64,000 bases of DNA from Parcubacteria group bacterium (lineage in GTDB: Bacteria; Patescibacteriota; Minisyncoccia; Phycocordibacterales; WO2-35-19), in contig JAAZAU010000012.1 in the NCBI GenBank assembly GCA_012514175.1, positions 3,479-67,478 of the forward strand, in the 5' to 3' direction. The notes beneath the pieces are model-generated. The model saw nothing but the letters and a program-made list of their open reading frames with translations, searched no databases and was not told the origin of the DNA. This document shows, in pieces, positions 19,183 to 29,542 of this stretch (positions are counted from its first letter, which is position 1; every line of letters begins with the position of its first letter). The translations under genes and the position numbers were made by a program.

Positions 19183-20328
19183 TTAACGAATAATCGCTAG
19201 AAATGTTTTCTCGGTTTCTTCTTCAAGTTTTTTGTGCAAAACATCTACTTCTGTATTAAGTAAAGTTCTCTCCAAAGAACGGTAAACTATACGAAAAGTA
19301 TAGCTAATCTTACCTTCACCGAATTTTTCAACATTTTCAAATTTATCAATTAATTTGACTTCTTCAATAATATTTTCGCCTACAGTTTCGCGTATTAAGT
19401 CAAAATAATTATTAGGCACAAAAACGTTGTCTACTATGAAAGAAATGTCACGGACGATTGGTGGATACTTACTAACTTCTTTGTATTTATTTCCTAATTT
19501 GAGTTGTTTTTTCACTCTTTCATCTTCTGACCAAAGCAAACGAATATCAGGAAGTTCCATACCAATAATAGCCAGTCTTTCCAAACCAAAACCGAAAGCC
19601 CAACCGGTATAATTTTGAGAATCCACACCTAATTTGTCTAAAACACTCGGAAATACGACACCACAACCTAAAACCTCTATCCATTCTCCTCCCACTTCAA
19701 TCTCCATTTCTAAACTTGGATTAGTGTAAGGAAAAGTATCTGGATTAAAACGATATTTAATATCTTTACCAAAAATTGATTGCACAATTTCAATCAGGAT
19801 TTCCTCTAAATGTTTTATATTTATAACACCTTTTTCTTTTGGAATAATATACCAACCATCAATCTGATGAAAAACATTCATATGGTTGCGATCAATCTCA
19901 TCTTTGCGATAAACTTTGCCGTAAGAAAGCACACCGATAGCCTCATTATTTTTAACCTTTTCTTTGCCAAAATCAGAAGTCAAATAATAATACCAAGAGA
20001 CTGTAGTTTGGGTGCGTAAAACATTTTTCTCATCTACGAAGTAGGTATCTGATTTACTTCTAGCAGGATGATCTGGTGGGTAATTAAAAAGATCAAAATT
20101 CACATCATAAGGCACGACTTCTGGAATTTTTATATCGTCAAAACCTTCAAGACCTTTTACAGCCTTAACTCTGTCTATAAGTTCTTTGATTGGACTACCT
20201 TCTGTGCGAGATAAATCGGGCATAGCCAAATAACGCCTCATACGCACCGCATCAGTATCTTGTCTTTCACTCAAACCCTTAAGCAATCTTTTTTCTTCTT
20301 CTGTTGAAATTGTGTAATTTTTCACCAA
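19183..20328 (-). CDS. pheS: Phenylalanine--tRNA ligase, single-chain form (PheS catalytic core fused to a C-terminal FDX anticodon-binding domain)
   Basis: Class II motifs (YRKDEIDRNHMNVFHQIDG; GWAFGFGLERLAIIG) followed by about 100 aa resembling the PheT C-terminal FDX-ACB domain (RDISFIVD...KISYTFRIVYRSLERTL). Confidence 0.7.
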   Translation of the reverse strand: MVKNYTISTEEEKRLLKGLSERQDTDAVRMRRYLAMPDLSRTEGSPIKELIDRVKAVKGLEGFDDIKIPEVVPYDVNFDLFNYPPDHPARSKSDTYFVDEKNVLRTQTTVSWYYYLTSDFGKEKVKNNEAIGVLSYGKVYRKDEIDRNHMNVFHQIDGWYIIPKEKGVINIKHLEEILIEIVQSIFGKDIKYRFNPDTFPYTNPSLEMEIEVGGEWIEVLGCGVVFPSVLDKLGVDSQNYTGWAFGFGLERLAIIGMELPDIRLLWSEDERVKKQLKLGNKYKEVSKYPPIVRDISFIVDNVFVPNNYFDLIRETVGENIIEEVKLIDKFENVEKFGEGKISYTFRIVYRSLERTLLNTEVDVLHKKLEEETEKTFLAIIR

Positions 20329-20370
20329 TTTATATTAGCAAAAAAAAGAAAAATTTGCTATAATGAGGTA

Positions 20371-22428
20371 ATGACAAAGGAAGAAAAGAAGAAGAAAAGC
20401 AATTATAGCGCTGAATCTATCACTGTTTTGGAAGGGTTAGAGCCAGTCCGCCGAAGACCAGGAATGTATATCGGCACCACAGGACCAGATGGCTTACATC
20501 ACCTTATTACCGAAATTTTTGATAACTCCAGAGACGAAGCTATGGGTGGTTTTGCTAACGATATTGAAATAGCTTTTTTACCCGGAAATCGTGTAAGAAT
20601 CGTAGATAATGGCCGAGGTATTCCTGTTGATGTTCATAAGCAAACCAAAGTCTCTGTTTTGGAAACGATCTTAACCACTCTACACGCAGGTGGTAAATTT
20701 GGCGGTGATAGCTATAAAGTCTCAGGCGGTTTGCATGGCGTTGGTGCTTCAGTGGTGAACGCACTTTCTATTTTTATGCGCGCCGAAATTCATAAAGATG
20801 GCGGTATTTATGTTCAAGAATATAGTAAGGGTAAAAGAAAATCACCGGTAAAAAAGATTGGTTCAACTAAATTAAGTGGTTCTATTATCACCTTTGAACC
20901 AGACGCCGAAATTTTCAAAGAAGGCACTGACTTTGATTTTAATAGAGTGGTTCAACATATGCGCCAACAAGCCTATTTAGTCAAAGGTCTTAAAATCTCT
21001 ATTATTGATTTGCGTAATTCTAAAAATAAAGTTAAAGATACTGAAACCTTTTATATAAGAGATTTAGGATTGGAAGCACCCGCTATGTCTTTTTATTTTG
21101 ATGGTGGTTTGATCTCACTTATTAGATTTTATAATCAAACTCAAAAACCTATTCACAAGAATATTTTTTATGTAGAGAAGATGAATGAAAATTTTGAGGG
21201 TGTAGAAGTAGCTTTACAATACGTAGACGATATTTCAGCTAGAATAATGCCTTTTGCTAACAATATTTATAACAACGAGGGTGGTACTCATATCACTGGT
21301 TTTAAAACAGCTCTCACTAGAACCTTAAACAATTACGCTAAAAAGAACAATATCACCAAAAACGGCGACGATAGCTTTACCGGTGATGATGTTTTGGAAG
21401 GATTAACGGCTGTTGTTTCTGTTAAACTTCGGGAAATTCAATTTGAAGGTCAGACTAAAGCAAAATTAGGATCAGTAGAAGCCAGAGGAATGACCGAGAG
21501 TATTTTTGGTGAAGCTTTTGATATGTTCCTTGAAGAAAATCCAGATGATGCTAAAGCGATAATCAACAAAGTCATCTTGGCTCTTCGGGCTCGTAAAGCT
21601 GCTAAAGCCGCTAAAGACTCTATTCTTAGAAAAGGGGCTTTGGAAGGTATGACTTTACCGGGTAAATTAGCCGACTGTCAAAGTAGTTCAGCTGAAGAAT
21701 CAGAAATATTTATCGTAGAGGGAGACAGTGCTGGTGGCACCGCTAAAACCGGACGTGACAGAAGAATTCAAGCCATTTTACCACTTAGAGGCAAAATCTT
21801 GAATGTTGAAAGAGCTAGACTTGATAGAATGCTCGCTTCTGAACAAATAAAAAATATGGTGGTGGCTTTTGGTACTGCTATCGGGGACACTTTTGATATT
21901 AGCAAACTTCGTTATCATAAGATTATTATTGCTACCGATGCCGATGTTGATGGTGCTCATATTCGCACACTGATTTTAACCTTACTTTATAGATATTTCA
22001 GACCACTTATTGACGGAGGTTTTGTATACATCGCTCAACCACCTCTTTATAAAATAAAAAAAGGGAAGGAAGTTTTTTACGCTTATAGCGACGAAGAAAA
22101 AGCTAAAATAATTGGTGAGGATGTTGAGGCTGAAATACAAGAAGTTGAATCGGTTGAAGAAGAAACATCTGAAGAAGAAGAAGAAGAGCAAACAAACAAA
22201 AAGAAAAGTAGTAAGATTTCTGTTCAACGTTACAAAGGTCTTGGAGAAATGAACGCTGAAGAACTTTGGGAAACTACTATGGATCCCAAAAAACGCATCT
22301 TAAAGAAAGTTACCATAGAAGACGCTCAGGGGGCTGATCATGTTTTTGATATCCTTATGGGCACCGATGTTCCTGCTCGCAAATCTTTCATCCAGTCTAA
22401 CGCCAAACTGGCAACTATTGATATTTAA
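20371..22428 (+). CDS. gyrB: DNA gyrase subunit B
   Basis: ATPase N-terminus (GLHHLITEIFDNSRDE), TOPRIM EGDSAGG and a C-terminal KGLGEMNAEELWETTMDP; contains an acidic insertion. Confidence 0.9.
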   Translation: MTKEEKKKKSNYSAESITVLEGLEPVRRRPGMYIGTTGPDGLHHLITEIFDNSRDEAMGGFANDIEIAFLPGNRVRIVDNGRGIPVDVHKQTKVSVLETILTTLHAGGKFGGDSYKVSGGLHGVGASVVNALSIFMRAEIHKDGGIYVQEYSKGKRKSPVKKIGSTKLSGSIITFEPDAEIFKEGTDFDFNRVVQHMRQQAYLVKGLKISIIDLRNSKNKVKDTETFYIRDLGLEAPAMSFYFDGGLISLIRFYNQTQKPIHKNIFYVEKMNENFEGVEVALQYVDDISARIMPFANNIYNNEGGTHITGFKTALTRTLNNYAKKNNITKNGDDSFTGDDVLEGLTAVVSVKLREIQFEGQTKAKLGSVEARGMTESIFGEAFDMFLEENPDDAKAIINKVILALRARKAAKAAKDSILRKGALEGMTLPGKLADCQSSSAEESEIFIVEGDSAGGTAKTGRDRRIQAILPLRGKILNVERARLDRMLASEQIKNMVVAFGTAIGDTFDISKLRYHKIIIATDADVDGAHIRTLILTLLYRYFRPLIDGGFVYIAQPPLYKIKKGKEVFYAYSDEEKAKIIGEDVEAEIQEVESVEEETSEEEEEEQTNKKKSSKISVQRYKGLGEMNAEELWETTMDPKKRILKKVTIEDAQGADHVFDILMGTDVPARKSFIQSNAKLATIDI

Positions 22429-22430
22429 AT

Positions 22431-22455
22431 AAAAAAAGCGCTGAGCGCTTTTTTA
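22431..22455. terminator. Bidirectional terminator between gyrB and thrS
   Basis: aaaaagcgctgagcgctttttt. Confidence 0.4.
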
Positions 22456-24237
22456 TGTCTTGTCTTGAATTTGTGTTTTGAGAAGTTCTAAAAGCTGTTC
22501 AAAGTAGAGAGCTTCGGTCTTTTGACCCTCGCGAGATTCAAGAGTAAATTCTTTTGATTCAACTTCTTTGTCACCAATAACTACCCAATAAGGGATTTTT
22601 GAGACTTTAACAGCGCGAACTTTTTTGCCTAAGTTTTCATCTTCCAAATCAATTTCCGCTCTTATATTATTTTGTTTAAGCATTTCATAAACCTCCTTCG
22701 CATAAACGTTATGTGATTCGCGCACAGGAATCACCTTGATTTGCACCGGTGAAAGCCAAAGAGGGAAAGCGCCCGCATAATGTTCAATAAGTAAACCAAT
22801 GAATCTTTCAAACGAACCAAAGAGCGCCCGATGAAGGACATAAGGTCTCTCTTCTTTACCTTCATTGTTAGTGAAAACCATATCAAATCTTTCTGGTAAA
22901 TTAAAATCAAATTGAAGTGTTGAACATTGCCACTCGCGACCAAGCACATCATTAATTTTAAAATCTAATTTTGGTCCATAAAAAGCAGCTTCACCAAGTT
23001 CTTCTATAAAATCTAGCTTTTTTTCTTTAGCTACCTTACGCAAAATTCCTTCAGTAAAATCCCAACCAGAATCACTGCCGGCATATTTATCTTTATTTTT
23101 AGGGTCTCTAAGTGACAAATAAACCTTAACTTTTTCAAGATCAAAACCAAATGATTTATAAATAAACAAAATAAAATCAATAACTTTTTTAAGTTCGTCT
23201 TCAACTTGATTTTCACGACATATAATATGTGCATCATCTTGAGTAAAACCTCGCACTCTAGTCAAACCTGAAAGCTCACCCTTCTTTTCAAAACGATAAA
23301 CAGTTCCACATTCAGCCCAGCGCAGAGGTAAATCTCGGTAAGATTTTGGGCTACTTTTGTAAATTTCAACATGAAAAGGACAATTCATCGGTTTTAAAAG
23401 ATATTCTTCAGAAGTTTCAGTTTTTTTATTTTGTTGTTTTTCTTCAAGAGACTGACCAATTTCCATTGGTGGATACATTGATTCGTTATAAAAACCCCAG
23501 TGACCCGAAGTTTCCCAAAGAGTTCTGTTGCCAATGTGGGGAGTTTTCACTAACTCATAACCATTTTTTAAATGTTCCTCATACCAAAAGTCTTCAATAA
23601 TTCTCCAGAGTAGAGCACCTTTAGGATGCCAAAGAGGAAGACCTAAACCAACCATATCGTCTATATGAAAAAGATTGAGCTCTTTGCCGAGTTTTCTGTG
23701 GTCTCTTTTTTTGGCCTCTTCTTGATTGTGTAGATATTCTTCAAGTTCTTCTTGAGTCTCAAAAGCCAAACCGTAAATGCGAGTGAGCATTTTATTTTTT
23801 TCGTCTCCACGCCAATAAGCTCCTGCCACTCTATCTAATTTCCAAGAACCACTTTTTATGTTTTTTACATTATCAATATGTCCACCAGCACAAAGATCGG
23901 TAAAATTACCTGCCGTGTAAAAATTAATTTTTTCTCCCGCCTTTTCTAATTCTTCAATAAGTTCAAGTTTGTATTCGTTGTCTTTAAAAAATTCTTTAGC
24001 TTCTTTGGCACTAACTTCTTTGTCTTCAAATTTGTCCCAAGTTTTCAAAACTTCCCGCATCTTGTTTTCAATTTTCTCTAAATCATTTTCAGAAATAGGC
24101 AAAGGTAAATCAAAATCGTAATAAAAACCGTTTGGGATAACCGGCCCAATAGTTGGTTTGGCATCCGGAAAAATTTCTAAAACCGCAGCCGCGAGCAAAT
24201 GTGCTAATGAGTGGCGTTTTTTATCTATATTTTCCAT
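22453..24237 (-). CDS. thrS: Threonine--tRNA ligase (lacks N-terminal TGS domain)
   Basis: Editing-domain HxxxH (RHSLAHLLAAAV), class II core and a C-terminal anticodon-binding domain. Confidence 0.85.
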   Translation of the reverse strand: MENIDKKRHSLAHLLAAAVLEIFPDAKPTIGPVIPNGFYYDFDLPLPISENDLEKIENKMREVLKTWDKFEDKEVSAKEAKEFFKDNEYKLELIEELEKAGEKINFYTAGNFTDLCAGGHIDNVKNIKSGSWKLDRVAGAYWRGDEKNKMLTRIYGLAFETQEELEEYLHNQEEAKKRDHRKLGKELNLFHIDDMVGLGLPLWHPKGALLWRIIEDFWYEEHLKNGYELVKTPHIGNRTLWETSGHWGFYNESMYPPMEIGQSLEEKQQNKKTETSEEYLLKPMNCPFHVEIYKSSPKSYRDLPLRWAECGTVYRFEKKGELSGLTRVRGFTQDDAHIICRENQVEDELKKVIDFILFIYKSFGFDLEKVKVYLSLRDPKNKDKYAGSDSGWDFTEGILRKVAKEKKLDFIEELGEAAFYGPKLDFKINDVLGREWQCSTLQFDFNLPERFDMVFTNNEGKEERPYVLHRALFGSFERFIGLLIEHYAGAFPLWLSPVQIKVIPVRESHNVYAKEVYEMLKQNNIRAEIDLEDENLGKKVRAVKVSKIPYWVVIGDKEVESKEFTLESREGQKTEALYFEQLLELLKTQIQDKT

Positions 24238-24246
24238 AGATTTATA

Positions 24247-27200
24247 TTACAGCTTCTTAGCTTTTTCGGCAATGAGAGACTTCTCGCCGTTACGCAAAGA
24301 AACTTTAGCTTTAACAACCACACACTGATCTTCAACAAATATTTCTGAAAATTCCTTAAAAATTCTAGGAAAAACCACCACCTCAACACTGTCAGTTAAA
24401 TCTGTAAACTTTATAAACAACATTCTTTCTCCGTTTTTAGTTAAAATTTCACGCACACTTTCTATCAGACCTCCGATTACCACAATTTCACCCTCTTTAG
24501 AATTTTCTTTTATTTTTAATACAGTTGTTTTTTGATTTTGCAGTTTTTCTTTAAATTGCTCTAAAGGATGACCAGAAACAAAAAGGCCGAGGAGCTCCTT
24601 CTCCCAAGCTAATTTTTCTGCGGTAGTAACCGAACCAGACTCCGGCAAATGTAACATTGAGTAATGTTCTCCAGAATCAAAAAGTCCAAAAAGAGAATTT
24701 TGGTCTGAATTAGCCGAAGCCTCTTTATTGTATTCAAGCAAAATATCTAAATTTGCAAGCAATTGACCTCTGTCACCAAAAGTATCCATAGCACCACTTT
24801 TTATTAAAGCCTCAAGAGATTTTTTATTTAGATTTCTATCTTGAATACGAGTCAAAAAATCTTCCAAAGATTTAAACTTACCATTATTTTTTCTTTCTGT
24901 AGTAATAATGTGAGAAATATTTTCACCAAAATTTTTGATAGTAGTGAGTCCAAATCTAATAGTCTCACCAGTTTTTTCAAGCTCTTCTTTACTTTTTTTA
25001 ATAAGAGTAAAATCTGAAAAACTTTCGTTAATATCTGGAGGTAGTATTTCAATACCCATTCTTTTACATTCGTTAATAGAAACAGCTACCTTTTCAGTGT
25101 CGCCAGATTCAGCCGAAAGCACCGCTCGCATATACTCACCAGGAAAGTTAGCTTTGAGGTAAGCGGTTTGGTAAGCCACAAGACCATAAGAAACTGAGTG
25201 AGCTTTATTGAAACCATAAGAAGCAAAAGGTTCAATCCACTTCCAAACTTGTTTAGCTTTTTTTTCGCTCCATTTGGAATGTTTGATACATCCGTCTATA
25301 AATTTTTCTCTCTGTCTCTCCATCTCTTCAGGAATTTTTTTACCAACCGCTTTTCGGAATTTGTCTACTTCACCCCAAGTATAACCAGCTAACTGGTTCG
25401 CCATCATCAAAAGGTCATCTTGATAAACCAAAATACCGTGAGTTTTTTTCAAAATCGGTTCTAGTGCTGGATCAAGATAAGTGATTTTAGAAGGGTTATG
25501 TTTACGTTCAATATAATCTGGAATAAATTGCATCGGACCCGGACGATAAAGGGCGACCATGGCGTTAATGTCATGAATAGTTGTTGGTTTAAGTTCAACG
25601 AGAAATCTAGTCATCCCATCACCATTAAGTTGAAAGAGATCTTCAGTCTCACCGCGAGCCAACATTGCAAAAGTTTTTTTGTCATCAATTGGTATTTGAC
25701 TTAAATCAATATCAATATCTTTAGTTTTTTTAACCAATTCAATGGTGGCGGCAATAATAGAAAGATTTTTAAGACCCAAAAAATCAAATTTTAGAAGTCC
25801 GGCGCCATTTTCATCAACGCTATACATATCATATTGAGTAATAATTTTGCCTTCACCTTTGGGATCAAATTGTAAAGCTGTAAAATCAGTCAAATCAGTA
25901 GGGGAGATGACAACACCCGCAGCGTGCACACCGATATGTCTGGCACAACCTTCAATTTTTTTGGCCATATCAATAATTTTTTTGGTGTCAGCGTCTTGTT
26001 TGTAAAGCTCTAAAAGTTCTGGCACTTCATTTAGAGCTCTATCTATAGTCATAGGAAACCCTTGAGCGCCCATAGGTATTAATTTTGATATTCTATCGCC
26101 AACCGAATAAGCAAAACCTAAAGCTCGCGCGGTATCACGCACACTACCACGAGCCATCATAGTGCCGAAAGTTCCTATTTGAGCGACTTTATTTTCTCCG
26201 TATTTTTGTTTAGCATACGCCACCATTTCATCACGTCTATTATCAGCAAAATCCATATCAATATCAGGAGCCGAAGGACGATCCGGGTTTAAAAATCTTT
26301 CAAACGGAATTTCGTATTCAATAGGATTAATATTCGTAATACGAGTCACATAAGTGGTAAGCGATCCTGAAACCGAACCTCTAATGTTAGTTAAAATCCC
26401 ATTTTCACGAGCATGCCTTAACAGATCGGCTACCACCAAAAAATAAGGGGAATATCCTTTCTTTTTTATAACCTCAAGCTCATATTCTAAACGATCTATA
26501 ATTTCTTGCGTCTTTGGTAACCCACGTATATCCAAACCTTTATAAGCCAAATCACGTAATTCATCATCAGCACTTTTACCAGATTCTATTTTGATTTCCG
26601 GAAAAGACCACTTACCAAGTTCTATTTCTAAATTACATAAACTACTAATTTTTTGGTTATTAAAAAGCGCTTCCGGCATATCTTTAAATCTTTCTTTGAT
26701 TTCCTCTATTGAAAGAAAAGACATATTTTCTTCTTCATTGCCCCAAGCGCTTCGTTCTCCACCCCCAACAGGAGCGCCTTGTTGAACTGCCATAAGTGTA
26801 TCTCTAGCTTCTTTATCTTCAGGATTAATATAATAAACATCATGACAAGCCACTGCGCCCACCCCATTTTCTTTAGCAAAATTATACAACTCTTGCATAT
26901 GTTCATTATGTCCGGCGAGTTCCGGATGCATTGTAATTTCTATATAAAAATCTTCACTTTCATTATTAAAAAATATTTTTTTGTATTTCTCTATCAAGGT
27001 TTTTGCTAATTCAAAGTTTCTGTTCCGAAGTGCTGTGGAAACATCACCACTCCAAGAAGAAGATATGCAAATGAGACCTTCTTTATATTTTTCTAGAAGT
27101 TCAAAATCAACACGAGGTTTGTAATAAAAACCCTCCAAGTATGACGCGGTTACCAATTTCAAAAGATTTTTGTAACCTTTTTCATTTTTACAAAGCAAGA

Positions 27201-27465
27201 TTAGCCTGAATCTGTCTTTGTCTATCCCAGCTTGTTTATCAAAACGAGTGCGACTTGCTAAGTATGCATCAACCCCAACAATAGGTTTCAATCCCTGTTT
27301 TTGACACTCTTTATAAAACTCAATAGCACCGTAAAGATTGCCATTATCAGTAAGCGCCAACGCTTCCATACCTTCTTTTTTGGCTGCTTCCACTAATTCT
27401 GGAAGCTTGGGAAGAGCCTGTAATAAAGAATAATGAGAATGAGTATGGAGATGGGTGAATTTCAT
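24247..27465 (-). CDS. dnaE: DNA polymerase III alpha subunit
   Basis: PHP domain HLHTHSHYSLL at the N-terminus; 1072 aa. Confidence 0.9.
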   Translation of the reverse strand: MKFTHLHTHSHYSLLQALPKLPELVEAAKKEGMEALALTDNGNLYGAIEFYKECQKQGLKPIVGVDAYLASRTRFDKQAGIDKDRFRLILLCKNEKGYKNLLKLVTASYLEGFYYKPRVDFELLEKYKEGLICISSSWSGDVSTALRNRNFELAKTLIEKYKKIFFNNESEDFYIEITMHPELAGHNEHMQELYNFAKENGVGAVACHDVYYINPEDKEARDTLMAVQQGAPVGGGERSAWGNEEENMSFLSIEEIKERFKDMPEALFNNQKISSLCNLEIELGKWSFPEIKIESGKSADDELRDLAYKGLDIRGLPKTQEIIDRLEYELEVIKKKGYSPYFLVVADLLRHARENGILTNIRGSVSGSLTTYVTRITNINPIEYEIPFERFLNPDRPSAPDIDMDFADNRRDEMVAYAKQKYGENKVAQIGTFGTMMARGSVRDTARALGFAYSVGDRISKLIPMGAQGFPMTIDRALNEVPELLELYKQDADTKKIIDMAKKIEGCARHIGVHAAGVVISPTDLTDFTALQFDPKGEGKIITQYDMYSVDENGAGLLKFDFLGLKNLSIIAATIELVKKTKDIDIDLSQIPIDDKKTFAMLARGETEDLFQLNGDGMTRFLVELKPTTIHDINAMVALYRPGPMQFIPDYIERKHNPSKITYLDPALEPILKKTHGILVYQDDLLMMANQLAGYTWGEVDKFRKAVGKKIPEEMERQREKFIDGCIKHSKWSEKKAKQVWKWIEPFASYGFNKAHSVSYGLVAYQTAYLKANFPGEYMRAVLSAESGDTEKVAVSINECKRMGIEILPPDINESFSDFTLIKKSKEELEKTGETIRFGLTTIKNFGENISHIITTERKNNGKFKSLEDFLTRIQDRNLNKKSLEALIKSGAMDTFGDRGQLLANLDILLEYNKEASANSDQNSLFGLFDSGEHYSMLHLPESGSVTTAEKLAWEKELLGLFVSGHPLEQFKEKLQNQKTTVLKIKENSKEGEIVVIGGLIESVREILTKNGERMLFIKFTDLTDSVEVVVFPRIFKEFSEIFVEDQCVVVKAKVSLRNGEKSLIAEKAKKL

Positions 27466-27549
27466 ATTTAAATATTAGCAGAAAAACAACCTACTCCCAA
27501 ACTTCTTTTTTTACCTCAAAAAAACAAAACTCTGTCAATAAGTTAAATA

Positions 27550-28224
27550 ATGTATAATGTTTTTATGCAACTAATTATTGGGGTAGACGAAGCGGGCAGA
27601 GGACCACTAGCAGGACCAGTGAGTGTTGGCGTATTTGGAGCAGAAAAACAAATGGAAAAATGGCTACTTAAAAATATTTTTAATAACAAATTGCAAGATT
27701 CAAAAAAATTATCTTCAACAAAAAGGGAAGAGATCTACAAAAAATTTTGTGAACTAAAAAAATCAGGAAAGATTCACTTCTGCGTTTCGCATATTTCTAA
27801 TAAAATAATTGATGAAAAAGGAATTTCTTTTGCCATAAAATTAGGGCTTAAAAAATCTTTAAACCGCATAGCAATGAGATATTGCGCAAGCACAACTGAC
27901 GCAAAAATTTCACATATTTCAGAGTTATCGGTGAAAGAGATTTTTTTGCGACTAGATGGCTTACTGAAAGCGCCCGAAAAATTTAAGAATCAAAAAACCA
28001 TAATAAAAGGTGACGAAAAAGATGTTTTCATTGCTTGCGCTTCCATAATCGCCAAAGTTGAAAGAGACCGTTTAATGTGTCGTCTGGGCTCAAAATATCC
28101 CCTCTATGAACTTCAAATTCATAAAGGGTATGGAACAGCGCTTCACCGCAAACACCTCCAAAAACACGGTCTGTCTCCTTTACACCGAAAATCATTTTGT
28201 AAAAATTATTTGCCTTATTTTTAG
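27550..28224 (+). CDS. rnhB: Ribonuclease HII
   Basis: IIGVDEAGRGPLAGPV. Confidence 0.85.
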   Translation: MYNVFMQLIIGVDEAGRGPLAGPVSVGVFGAEKQMEKWLLKNIFNNKLQDSKKLSSTKREEIYKKFCELKKSGKIHFCVSHISNKIIDEKGISFAIKLGLKKSLNRIAMRYCASTTDAKISHISELSVKEIFLRLDGLLKAPEKFKNQKTIIKGDEKDVFIACASIIAKVERDRLMCRLGSKYPLYELQIHKGYGTALHRKHLQKHGLSPLHRKSFCKNYLPYF

Positions 28225-28245
28225 AAATATATTAGTATGTAGCGC

Positions 28246-28476
28246 ATGGTAGTGCGAATGAGACATAACCGAGGTCAAACAGGCAGTAGAAGAAGTCATC
28301 ATGCTTTGAAGACGGCTGTTTTGTCATTGTGTAAAGATTGTGGTAGCCCTAAAAAACCTCATGACATTTGCACTGTTTGTGGTAAGTATAAAGGTAAGCA
28401 AATTGTTGACGTTCACACAAAAATTGCTAAGAAGAACGCGAAAGCTAAAGAAAAAGCCAAAAAAGCTGGAAAATAA
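28246..28476 (+). CDS. rpmF: 50S ribosomal protein L32
   Basis: Basic N-terminus with RRSHHAL and a CxxC...CxxC zinc ribbon. Confidence 0.7.
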   Translation: MVVRMRHNRGQTGSRRSHHALKTAVLSLCKDCGSPKKPHDICTVCGKYKGKQIVDVHTKIAKKNAKAKEKAKKAGK

Positions 28477-28578
28477 TTAAAGATTAAAAAATATCTAGTT
28501 CACAGGCGCGTATTTTGCGCTTATTTTTTTATCTTGTTATACTGTATGAAGTTAATGGTTACTAACTACTAGCTTAAA

Positions 28579-29460
28579 ATGTCCAATAGGCACCTTGCAA
28601 GAACAGTCGTACTACAAACACTCTATGAGTGGGATTTCGGCAACAGCAAAGAAGACCCGAAAGAGATTTTAAAAAGAGATATTTCTGAATTTGCTCCGGG
28701 TATGGATAACAGACATTTTATGCACGATCTTTTGGAAGGAGTTATTTCAAAACAAAAAGACATAGACAATATTATCGTCTCAGCTGCTCCAGAATGGCCT
28801 TTGGACAAAATAAATGCAATAGATAGGAATATTTTAAGGCTTGGTTTGTTTGAGCTTCTTTTTGCTGACAGAGAACAGGTGCCACCCAAAGTAGCCATCA
28901 ACGAAGCAATAGAATTAGCAAAAAAATTTGGAGGCGAAACTAGCAGTAAATTTGTAAACGGAGTCTTGGGTGCTGTTTATAAAGAAATGGGTGAACCAGG
29001 TAAAGATCAGAAAAGCGCCTCTCAAAAACCAGCCACCCAGGAAGCTCATGTTGGAGCTGTGGTTTATGCAAAACATAAAGGTGAAATATACGTGGCCTTG
29101 GTTCATGATGTGTTTGGACACTGGACACTCACCAAGGGCAGGTTAAAAGATGGTTTAAGCGAAGAAGTTGGTATTGTAAATGAAGCCAAAGAAGAACTTG
29201 GTATAGATATAAAAGTTAAAGAAAAGCTCGGTGAAAATTCTTACGAAACTTTCCACCCAGAACGAGGCAAGATTAAAAAACACATCGTTTATTTTCTAGC
29301 TGAAGCCCCGTTTGAAGAATTAACCTTAGAAAACAAGAAAGAAAAAGGTGGTTTAGATGATGTAAAATGGTTTAAATTGAGTGAAATATTGAATTTAAAC
29401 TTCTATGATGATATTTTACCAATAGTCACAAAGGCGATAAATTTATTAGTAAAAAATTAA
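28579..29460 (+). CDS. nusB: Transcription antitermination factor NusB fused to a C-terminal Nudix-like domain
   Basis: NusB N-terminus (RHLARTVVLQTLYEWDF). The C-terminal KGRLKDGLSEEVGIVNEAKEELGI aligns without gaps to the 23-residue Nudix box but with E-to-L and R-to-N substitutions. Confidence 0.65.
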   Translation: MSNRHLARTVVLQTLYEWDFGNSKEDPKEILKRDISEFAPGMDNRHFMHDLLEGVISKQKDIDNIIVSAAPEWPLDKINAIDRNILRLGLFELLFADREQVPPKVAINEAIELAKKFGGETSSKFVNGVLGAVYKEMGEPGKDQKSASQKPATQEAHVGAVVYAKHKGEIYVALVHDVFGHWTLTKGRLKDGLSEEVGIVNEAKEELGIDIKVKEKLGENSYETFHPERGKIKKHIVYFLAEAPFEELTLENKKEKGGLDDVKWFKLSEILNLNFYDDILPIVTKAINLLVKN

Positions 29461-29542
29461 CCTAATTAACCTAATTGCTCTAAATCTCAATTAAGATTGA
29501 ATTTATTTAGAATAATTAGGATACTTAGGTCAATTAAAAAAA

